A stretch of DNA of 63,425 nt, the filler included, from Chrysochromulina tobinii (taxonomy: Eukaryota), in NCBI GenBank assembly GCA_001275005.1. It is 7 parts of 7 records of this genome, joined end to end, with 100 filler letters (N's around TTAATTAATTAA, not from the genome) between each part and the next. Parts side by side here need not be neighbours in the genome. Positions count along the whole stretch, not along the records: positions 54,016 to 63,425 come from JWZX01000385.1; 6 more parts are not named here. One strand, written 5' to 3'. A model generated the notes under the pieces. That model searched no databases and had not been told where the DNA came from. It saw only the letters and a list, made by a program, of their open reading frames with translations. Position 1 is the first letter of the stretch; each line of letters begins with the position of its first letter. The position numbers and the translations under genes are program-made. Shown in pieces: positions 54,016 to 63,425 of the stretch.

Positions 54016-56431
54016 GCCCGTCGCCTTGCCCCAGCGCGTGCATGATGAGCTGCGACATGAGCCACGTCTTGCCCGCCGCCGGGCCGGCGGTGAGCAGCGC
54101 GCATGTGCGTGCGCTGGAGCGTAGGTCGTGCAGCCACGCACACAGCGAGCGTGCGTCGCGCACAGCGAGCGGCTTGCCGTCGGCATCGTGCCCCTCCACG
54201 CCTATGGGCACGCAGTCCGTGAGCGTGCTGAGCTGCTGGCCGGAGAGGGCGTCGGGGATGTACGCGTGCTGCGCGCGCAGACAGTGGAGGTGCCACGCGC
54301 GCATCGATGCGAATCCGGTATCGGCGGGCATCGGCGGCAGCGCCACCACCTGCGAGCCGGCGGCCGCCTCGGCGGCGAGCGCGAGCACCGGCTGCACCAC
54401 ACCGACGATGCGCGTGACGTACTCACGGTATAGGGCGGGAACCGTGTCCTTGTCGCCCTTGCCGGTGAAGGTGGCGCCGGCAATGCGTGCGATGACCCGC
54501 TCGACGCGGTCGGCCAGCTCGCCAGTCGGCGCAACGCACGGCTCCGTGGGGCGGCCGCTGCGCAGCACGAGCACCTTGGACGGGAGCGCGTCGAGCACCT
54601 CCCGCACGCGCGGCACCGCGCCCAGCCGCGCGAGCAGCTCGTGGCTCACGGCATCCTCAAAGACGCACCAGCCGCGCTCGTCGTACGGGCGCTCATTGTA
54701 CAGCGTGTCGACGGCGTCGCACAGCTCTGGCCATGGCCCCGCGCGTTTAGCGGCGAGCGCCGCCTCGTGTGACGCGAAGCGCACGACGGGCGGGTTGCGC
54801 GTAGGCTCGAATGCGACGATGGTCCCGAAGCTGCCGAGCGTCTCGCGGACGGCAGCCTCGCCCTTCGTGGCCTTCAGCCCAAAGAGGCACAACGCACCGT
54901 CGAACGCCTCCGGACGGGGCGGGATCTCGCGCGACTGCAGCACGGTGGTGCCGACGGCGGAGGCGTACACGTCGGCCATGACCATGATCGCGCGCTTGAA
55001 GGCGGCGCTCTCGTCGGGCGTGCGATCGCGGTCGGGCAGGTTCTGGAAGAGCGAGGCGTAGTCCCAGAAGACGCCCTCAATGTGCGGGTGCTCGTCGAGG
55101 GCGGCGAGCACCATGTCCAGGCGCGCGCCGTCCGGGTCGCACTCACCAGGCGATAGCCAGCCGTGGGTGAGCGCGCCCACGCCGCGGTTGCCGCGCCTCA
55201 GCAGCGCGACGGCCTCCTCAGCAGAGAGGAGCGGCGGCTTTTTCCCCGGTGCGAGGAAGAGCGCCTCGAGCTCCTGCCGCCGCTTCAGCCGCCTTTCGTT
55301 CGGTTGCCGCAGCAGCCGCCGCAGCCGCCGCAGCCACGAGACTCGCAGCAGCTTGATGTCGCCGGCACGGAGCGCGTCGGCGAGCCGGTCGTCGAGTCCC
55401 GAGAGGACGCGAATGATCTCGGGCGGTGCACCCATGGGCACAGTGGGCTGCATTGCGTCGTCGTCGTCAATGTCGTCGAGGTTGGTGTCATCCCCGTCGT
55501 CCGAGGCATTTGGCTGCGTGGGGCCATTGGACGGCCCCGATGAAAACAGCCCACGCGGAGTGAAGGCTAGCACAATCGCCTCGATAATGGAGTTGCCGAT
55601 CTCGACAATCGGGTTCTTCGTCTCGACCGCCGCCTCTGCCTGCGCAGCCTCTGCCTCCGTCGCCACTCCGGCCGCCGGCTCCACAACTTCCGTAGGCATG
55701 GTGTCGGTCGTCTCGGGCCCTGGTTCGGCAACTTTCACGTCTTCTCGTGCTGCCTCCGACACGTCAAGGCCGAGACTCACTAGTTTCCTCTTTTCTTGTT
55801 CGCCAATATGGACGAGGAAGACCGACCGCTCTTGCGCCGATGCACCTTCGTAGGCGGCCTGGATGTCCGCGTCTGGGCTCTCGACGGTCAAAACAGAGGC
55901 ACCCGCACCCATGCCGCCTCGGACGCGCATCATCCCCGCAAGTCGCTCCGCAGCCGCCTCCGCCTCTGCCTCCGCCTCCGCCTCCGCTGCCTGAGCCGCT
56001 TGCGCCGTCTCTGCAACGGCGTCGTCGACGTCGTCGAGGTTGGTGTCGCCCCCGTCATCCAAGGCATATGGCTGCGCGGGGCCAATGGCGTGGCTGAAAA
56101 GACGTCCGAACTCGGACTGTGCGCCTATGGCCACGGTGGGCCGCACAGCGTGCTCCTCGTCGTCGTCGATGTCGTCGAGGTTGGTGTCGTCTCCGTCGTC
56201 TTCCAAGGCTCCCTCTGAGACAGCGTCCAACGCAGACTTCCCCTTTTTCTTGACTTTGCCGCGGCTGGATTTCTCCTTCTTGCTCGGACTGTTGCCGCGA
56301 TGGCTTGGGGTGATGCCGCGATTGCTCGGGGTCCCGCCGCGATGGCTCGGGGTGTCGCCGCGGTGCGAGTCACTACCTGATGCTGGCAGCTTGCCCTTGT
56401 CCTTCTTGCCCGTGTCTTTCTTCGGAGCCAT
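54016..56431 (-). CDS. NLR/STAND-like protein: acidic repeats + HET-like domain (with RRM-like insert) + P-loop NTPase; 3'-truncated
   Basis: ALTHGW...DPDG...FWDYASLFQ...MADVYAS...YDERGWCVFE is the HET-type motif series. Walker A LLTAGPAAGKT lies at ~54065-54097. Confidence 0.65.
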
Positions 56432-56880
56432 GGCAATGCGGTAGTTACCAAACCCTTTCGAAGCCGCGGCTGGTGAGCCGCTTGGTGGCAGCGAGGTGAG
56501 TGCAGCGAGGTTGGGACGGAAATGGACGAGGCTCTCTAGATAGCTCTCCGAGCATTCCGGAAAAGGTCTCGGTGATTTTGAACCGGAGTTTTTGAACCGA
56601 TCACTTCATTCCCACGATTCACACATTGATCACCCTTCTCTTACCCACAGCACGGAGGCGCTCGGGCAGCATTCCGCTTCTCTTTACTCGACAGCATTCA
56701 CACCCGCTCTTTCTGCAACGATTGCTGCCGCGAGGGGTGGAGGCGGCGCGCGCTCGCGCGTGCAGCACTCCACTATGTTCTTCAGTCCATGAATCCCAGA
56801 TTATTCACGTCATTTCTGGCACTTCTCCCGCTCAGTGACGGCCTTCCATAACGATTTGCGCGGCGGCGTGTCCATCGAGC

Positions 56881-57699
56881 ATGCCATCTTTGAGCCTTCC
56901 ACCAACCATCACTATATCAACGCGCTCATTGCTGCTGTTCCCCGCCGCCGCGACCGCCGCGGCGGTGCTGCTCCTGCTCCGGCGCCGACGCTCCTCGGGC
57001 TACGGCGTGGCGGCGCGGTTGTGCGAGCCGTGCGAGCCTGCAGAGGGCGAGGCGGTGACGGCTGGCGGAAAGCGACCGCTGCCGGAGGCGCTGACGCCGA
57101 GCTCGTCGCCGGGCGTGCGCTTGACGCCGCGACGCGCTCTCCTGGGTGGCGGCAGCCCGCGCGAGATCGGACTGAGCAAGGACGTGGATGCGACAACGAA
57201 GCGCGAGAACACCATTGACTGGCACGACTACTTCATGTCGGTCGCGATGCTGTCGGCGTTCCGTTCCAAGGATCCGAACAAGCAGGTGGGCGCGTGCATC
57301 GTCGACCCGAAGCGCCAGCGCATCGTGGGCATTGGCTACAACGGCTTCCCATGGGGATGCAGCGACGACGATCTGCCGTGGGCGCGCACAGGGACGAGCA
57401 AGCTCGAGACGAAGCATCTATACGTGTGCCACGCGGAGATGAATGCTATCTTCAACAAGAACTGCTCGTCTCTCGAGGGCTGCCGCATCTACACCACCCT
57501 ATTTCCATGCAACGAGTGCACCAAGATGATCGTCCAGAGCCGGCTGCTGGACGTCGTATACCTGTCCGACGAGAAGCACGACGAGCTCTCGACGGTGGCG
57601 TCGCGCCGGATGCTCAAGCTGGCGGGGATCCCGTTCTGGGAGCACAAGCCCGCCTCGCCGCGCATCGTCATCGACTTCGAGTCGGAGCTCGCGCGATGA
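56881..57699 (+). CDS. DCTD: dCMP deaminase
   Basis: WHDYFM..A.LSA.RSKDP..QVGAC, IGYNG, HAEMNA, PCNEC. Confidence 0.93.
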   Translation: MPSLSLPPTITISTRSLLLFPAAATAAAVLLLLRRRRSSGYGVAARLCEPCEPAEGEAVTAGGKRPLPEALTPSSSPGVRLTPRRALLGGGSPREIGLSKDVDATTKRENTIDWHDYFMSVAMLSAFRSKDPNKQVGACIVDPKRQRIVGIGYNGFPWGCSDDDLPWARTGTSKLETKHLYVCHAEMNAIFNKNCSSLEGCRIYTTLFPCNECTKMIVQSRLLDVVYLSDEKHDELSTVASRRMLKLAGIPFWEHKPASPRIVIDFESELAR

Positions 57700-59185
57700 C
57701 GAGGGTGGCGAGAGAGGTGGTGATGCGGGCAGTGACGCCAAACGACGGGCGGGCCTGCGCGCGCTGAGGCGTGCGAAAGTGCGACCGCTCGCGCCGAGGG
57801 CTCGCGTCGTCGGTCAAGACTCAAGTGTGCAAGCAAGTTTGTATTCAATGCTTCAATAGGAGGTGTCTATGACAGTCTGCTATACCGAAGAATCATTGCG
57901 AAGAATATCTGAGCCTCGAGGGCGAACAACCTCGACCCACGGACGCCGCGGCGACGCGCGTCGCGCGTCGGGGGGTTCGGTTACTTTCACCCTTGGTTTT
58001 CGGTGACCCTGAGTGTGGGGAACGGATTGAGTTTCATCCATAAGTATACAATGTGGCTGTCAGCAGCTGATGAAGCACAATCTAAATTCGTCAAAGCAAG
58101 CGGGATGTGCAACATTTCGTCAGGTTTTGTCAATTAGGCCCAGAAGTCCGTTTTCGTTCATCCCTGATCCTGTGCACCCTCGTGATTCGCCCTTCTTCCG
58201 AGCACATCATCAATGCCACCCAAGCAGGCCAACCAACCTACATCCCTCAAACCTCCGGGCGACGTGCGGAGTCCAGTCTCGAACACGGTTCACAACCAGG
58301 GCAATAGCATCAAACCGTCGGGCAATAGCGCTAAACCGCCGGGCAAGTAACTGGTCTATCGACTGGTCTAAAACCTTTGCAGACTATCTCGACCCAGTCG
58401 TGGGCAGTAAGATCGAGGAGCTGCGAGGTGGCGATGACAGGCGATGACGGAACAGTCGGGGCCAGGAGTACTGGATCATGGACTCATGCCGTTGGACTCA
58501 GGACCCAAGGTGCATACTCTGTCTCATATGCTCTGTCTGCACTGCAGCGACGAACGACGAACCAATGTCAAAGATGTGTCGTCGTGTTGTGATAGTGGTC
58601 CGGCTCGCCTTCGCGTGTGGGATGTTTGAAGTTGTCGGAAGTGGGTTCTGGGAATAAATAAGACTCGTATTCAACAAAATTCGACGACGAGTCGACAACG
58701 CTGGGAACGCACACCGACGCGCGACCCGCGCGTCGCGGCCTCCGCCAGTCATGCCGCCAGTCCGCCACGCCCCGGACGTCGCCGCGGGACGTCGGACGAT
58801 CCTCTCGATTGGATCGTTGCTCGTTGGCAAGCGCCTTGGGGACTCGCTCCGGACGATCCCCCGGCGAAACTCGGCATCCACAGCCCGCTCACAGCGACAG
58901 GAGCCGGCGGCCGCGGCGGGCCCGTCGGCACACTGCGCTGCGATACACCGCGCGCGCACACCGGCACAGTCAGGCCGGCGGAAACGTTCACGCGGGACTC
59001 GCGCCGCGGCGCGCGACGCGTGTCGCCGCGGTTGCGTGGCGGGCGTAATTACATAGGAATTTTTTCGCGCGATACCGATACGACATCAGCTGACGCATCG
59101 GCGTACATACTACTACATAGAGGAGTGAGGACGAGTCCGAGATCCCGGGAGTCCGAGACCCCGGCGAACGCGCGGGCGCTCAGTG

Positions 59186-60134
59186 TCAGACGAGCGAGCC
59201 GAGCAAGAGGGCCAGGAGCGAGAGGGCGGCGAAGACGTTGTACGCGAGCGCGTAGCCGCCCTTGGCCAGGAGCGCCTTGGTGAGCACCGGGCCGAGGAGC
59301 GCGGCGCTGCCAAAGGCGGTGAACAAGAAGGAGTAGACGGCCGCGCCGTTGGCGCCAAAAGTGCGGAAGCAGTGGGCGGGGAACATGACGAAGTTGCCAC
59401 TCATGCAGAAGAGCATGACTTGGGTGCCGAGGGCGAAGGTGAGTCGTCGCTCGGCGAGCTTCCGATACACCAGCATCGTGGAGGCCTGCAGCGCCGTGAG
59501 CGTGAGGAAGCAGCGCCGGAACCCAAACTTGTCCGACATGGTACCCCAAAAGAAACGGCCGGCTGCGTTGCCTCCGAGGGCAGCGATGGAGCCGACGAGG
59601 GCGAGAAAGGCCTCTGAGTTGAGGTTCGGCTGCTTGAGCGCGAAGGTCTTGTAGCTCGAGGCGATGTTGATCCCCGAGGTGGCCGACATGATGATCATCA
59701 GCCAGAGCTGAGCGAAGCGCCAGGAGCACAAGTCCGACACGACGGAGCGGCACGGCGCCGTCGCGGGCGCGTCCGACACGATAGAGCGGCACGGCGCCGT
59801 CGCGGGCGCGGGCCGTTTGGGTGCGAGACGCGGCAAGGGGACGCCAAAGCGGTTCTGCCAGAAGGGGGGTGGCAAGGGGTGGCAAGGGGCGCAGGAGGGG
59901 TGGGAGGGGTCAGGAAGGCACACAGGTTCCAAATTAGGGCAAAGGAGACGTTCGCTTCCAAGTTTGGCAAGGAGACGTTCGCGGGCGGCGCGGGCGGCGC
60001 GGGCAGCGGGCAGCGGCGTGCCGGCGTGGCGGTATCGGCGCCGTAAAACTGGCCGGCACCCGACGTTCGCAGCCATCGGAGCCACGCCAGCTCCGCATCA
60101 GCCCTAACACAAGCCCGCTCGCCGCCGCCGTCGC

Positions 60135-60165
<31 letters not shown>

Positions 60166-61314
60166 GCGAGGTCTGCTGCTGCCGCTGCTGCCTCTGGCGA
60201 GCGCGGGCGCGGCGGGCGCGGGCGGCAGGGTCGCGTGTGCCTGTGGCTTGGGAGACGGCTTGGGCGGAGCCCGCCCCATCCGCTTGAAGAACTCGAGGAT
60301 CGGGTCTGCGGGAATGAGGCGAGCGCCGTGGTGAGCACTTGCATGCAATCGGTGGTCCGCTGGTGGGAGGCGCGAGCGCGGGACGTGGGAGACGTGCATC
60401 CAAATTTGGGACGTGGGAGACGTGCCAAGCATCCAAATTTGGGTCGGAGAGCTTCTCAAGCGTCTCCGCAGGGCATTGCGAGGCGCGCGTGTGCGCGGCT
60501 GCGTACACGTCTTGCCGAGCGCCGACGGGTTGGACTGGAGCGCCGCGCCCGTGAGCGCGAGCGCTGCATAGCACAGCGAGAGCTTGCGCAGCACGCCAGG
60601 CCAGCGCGCGTAGACCTCTGGTGGGAAGGCTCCGCCGACTGCGTTGACCTTTTGCGGGTTGAGGAGGTGCGTGCAGAGCATGTTGAAGAAGAAGGCGGAC
60701 GAGCCCAAGCCTGTCATGACCACGCCCTGCACCGAGCCCTTCTTACCCGGGAACCAGCGGCCGCCCGTGATGAACGGCATCTGATACGAGAGACCGATGC
60801 CAAGGCCGAAGAGGACCGCATAGCTGAGGACGAACTGGGTGAGGGTGGTCGCGGATGAGGCGAGCCAGAGGCCGGAGGCCATCATGGCGCCGCCGAGAAG
60901 CGCCGTCAGCCGCGGGCCGACGAGCGACTCGAACAGCGGGCCGAAGGGCATGCCGCACATCTGCGACAGCAGCGTGAAGGCGAGGACGAGTCCCGCGTCC
61001 GAAGGGCCCTCGCCGCCCTCGGGCGACCAGTACTTGAGGGAGGCGGGCATGTAGGTGACCAAGTTGCCCCAGCAGTACAGGCTGCCGCACACGAGGTGTA
61101 TCATGACGCCGCCCAGGACCGCCAGGTATCCCTTCGTGAGCGGCGCCGCGGGCTCTGGCATGGCCTTGCCGGCGATGAGGTCTGTAGATGGCGCCGTGTG
61201 CGCCAGCGGCGCACTCGGCAGCAGCGGCTTGCGTGCGCGCAAGCCTGGCCGATCGGCGGCATGAGCAACCGCAGCCAGGAGCGCGAGAGTTGCCACGAGA
61301 CGCAGCGAAGGCAT
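59186..61314 (-). CDS. MFS transporter (oxalate:formate antiporter-like), multi-exon; intron 60306-60506 plus further intron(s) at ~59710-60240
   Basis: Multiple TM helices, GSLYCWG, GRWFPGKKG...G, GRFFWG.MSDKFG, plus an N-terminal signal-like peptide. Confidence 0.82.
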
Positions 61315-61637
61315 ATTCCGCCGGACGGTTCTGTCCTGATGAGAAAGACGAAATTTACCGGTTCTGACGAGTCTTCGCAAAATGCGGTCAGCTCACACAG
61401 AAGGCGAGCGGGAAAATCAGTGGGTGAGTAAGGAGCGAAGAGAGCGAGTCACTCCCTCACGGACAATCTGTGTGGGCGATCGTGGAACTTCGAACCGATG
61501 TATAGGCTATAGCTTTGTTAGCGTGGATAGTCGATAGATCATCTTTTAGATCGACGCCTCGCCGGTGCGTCGTCGAAACGACAAACGTGGAGCACTCCGA
61601 ATATCCGATAGAGATCCCCTTGAGTCCAGCCGGAGTT

Positions 61638-62966
61638 CTATGGTCTATGCTGCTCTTGCAGCGCATCCGTCAACAGCCTCTGCCACTCTCGGTTCTGCGT
61701 GTCGTGCTTGATGTTGAGCAGCGCGTGCTCCATCGCGAGCTGCCGGTTCTTCTCCTCCAGTCCGGCCAGGGCCCCGCGAAGCTCGACGAGCTCCTGCTTG
61801 TTCTGGTGGGCCATCTCGAGCCGCAGCGCGCGCAGCCGCTTGATCTCCTCGCGCGCTTGGATGAGCGCGGCCGCCTGCCGGTAGGCATGCTCGCGATACG
61901 CCTGGCCATTGATCATCGCGCCACTCTTGCCCGTCGCGTCATTCTCGATGACGGCGTCAGGCCCGTCCCAGCGCACGCGGCCGCGGCCGCGCAGGTGATG
62001 ATTGGCAATGTGGCAACGGCACGCCTTGCCTTCGAGCTGCTCGGGCGGCGTGCCCTCGAATGTGGAGAAGGCGGAGACGCTGTGGAAGGACACGTGGCGC
62101 GCCTCGAAGCAGCCCGAGCCGTCGCACGTGTGAATGATCCACGGCAGGTCGCTCTTGCCGTGAGCGCGGAGTGCTGGCGGCACAAAGTGAATGAAAAGCG
62201 CCGTGGCTCCCTCCTCGCTCGCCGCATCGCCCTTGTCGATCATCTCCTGAATCGCAACCAAGCGCGCCTCAAACTCGCTCACGCGTCCCTGCGCGTCCTG
62301 CGCCGCATCGCGCGCTTCCTCAATGCAGGCATCGAACACTTCCGGAAACTGCGCCCCGTGCTTCAGCCGGACCCAATCCAACGCGGAGCCGGCAGAGGCC
62401 TCACGCAGCTCGGCGAATTTTGACTGCTTGGCGCGCTCCCTTTCCTTGACGGCGTCCTCGCACGCACGCAGGTTGCCACGCAGCTGTTTGAGCTCACCCT
62501 TCAAGTCGGCAGAGAGCTCGCGGAGCTGCGCCGTCGTTTTCGTCTTGTACTTGTTGATGACCGCGGGCTCCATGTCGCCTCGGCTCGTGGTTGAGGGCCG
62601 GCCGAGCACCGGCTTGTGAGCCGCTGCGGCATCCTTAGCAGGCGCGTTGCTTGCGCCGCCAAATTGCTGCCAAACGTCCTCTGGCAGCGCTCCAGTCGTG
62701 CCGGTGGCGGAGCCGTCGTCTGCGACTTTGACAGGTGGTCGGGTGGCTCGGGCGAGCTGTCCCGCAGCGAAGCGAGGGCTTTTCGAGGCGGACTGATGCC
62801 TTGATGTGTGTGGCCGTGGCGAGGAAAGCCGAGGTGAGCCGCGCGGGCCAAGAAGTGCAGACGCAGAACGCACGCGTAGCAAAGGAACCGTTGTTGGGCA
62901 CTTTTTCGGACCTTCAGGACCCTCGGGAAGCTTATGCATCACGAGCGGCGATGCTCGAAGCGCCAT
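61638..62966 (-). CDS. Hypothetical coiled-coil protein
   Basis: 442-aa ORF in which two coiled-coil segments flank a small Cys/His-containing domain (PWIIHTC...EARHV...CRCHIANHHL). Confidence 0.6.
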   Translation of the reverse strand: MALRASPLVMHKLPEGPEGPKKCPTTVPLLRVRSASALLGPRGSPRLSSPRPHTSRHQSASKSPRFAAGQLARATRPPVKVADDGSATGTTGALPEDVWQQFGGASNAPAKDAAAAHKPVLGRPSTTSRGDMEPAVINKYKTKTTAQLRELSADLKGELKQLRGNLRACEDAVKERERAKQSKFAELREASAGSALDWVRLKHGAQFPEVFDACIEEARDAAQDAQGRVSEFEARLVAIQEMIDKGDAASEEGATALFIHFVPPALRAHGKSDLPWIIHTCDGSGCFEARHVSFHSVSAFSTFEGTPPEQLEGKACRCHIANHHLRGRGRVRWDGPDAVIENDATGKSGAMINGQAYREHAYRQAAALIQAREEIKRLRALRLEMAHQNKQELVELRGALAGLEEKNRQLAMEHALLNIKHDTQNREWQRLLTDALQEQHRP

Positions 62967-63425
62967 GTCCGCGATAAAAACATTGAAATCGGTTTCGTTT
63001 CGAACGCTTTGTAATCATAGCCTTCCCTAGTGTCGGTCAGAGAACTGCGTCGCAGGCGAAGCTTGGAAAAGTATTTTATAGGCGGGATCGATCGACTTTT
63101 CGAGAGGGCGCGGCGGTGGGCGTTCTGAGCGAGCGAGCGAGAGCGAGCGAGTGAGCGCGAACAATCTCAAGTGAGTCGAGCCTGAAGGCCATGGTGCTCA
63201 CACGCGCGATGAGAGGCTCGCTGCAGCAGCGAGTCGAGGGGCGTGCTCAGCTGCCTCGCCGCGCCTCACGCTCGCCCGTGCGCCAACGACGTGACATCGT
63301 GCCCGCCGCTGCCTTCGCGGCCGACGCTGCCGCCGCCGCCGCCATCGCCGCCGCAGCCTCCGCCGCTGCAGCCGCCGCCTCCGAAGCTGCAGACGCGCTG
63401 CTCCCAAGGTGCCTGATCTGCCTCG

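Overview
GC-rich eukaryotic nuclear DNA, most likely from a haptophyte alga. This is inferred from the Lhcx/LI818-type antenna gene, plastid-targeted RlmN/EGY/PGR5 homologs, CCCTAA repeats and repeat-filled GT/GC-AG introns. The window is not one locus. It is seven contigs joined by identical artificial 100-bp linkers (N44-TTAATTAATTAA-N44), so adjacency across linkers means nothing. Ordinary genes include RlmN, an EGY-type M50 protease, an RRM protein, a URB2-like protein, a TBL/PC-esterase, TBCB, a rhomboid, Lhcx, COG8, TOPBP1, a GT77 transferase, a CXIP4-like protein, an Afi1/DENN protein, dCMP deaminase and an MFS transporter. Highlights: (1) an apparently intact tyrosine-recombinase (DIRS/Ngaro/PAT-class) retrotransposon with a 177-bp split direct repeat and an unusual gene order, in which RT-RNaseH and a gag-like ORF diverge and the recombinase lies beyond the internal repeat; (2) a family of introns flanked by duplicated exon sequence and sharing TGATTGC repeats and fixed motifs (introner-like); (3) a PGR5 homolog with two EF-hands inserted; (4) a HET-like/RRM/P-loop NLR-like protein and a TIR protein; (5) a GNAT-SET fusion missing from the ORF track; (6) nested TIR-element debris. 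All family calls come from motifs recognised by eye, not from database searches.
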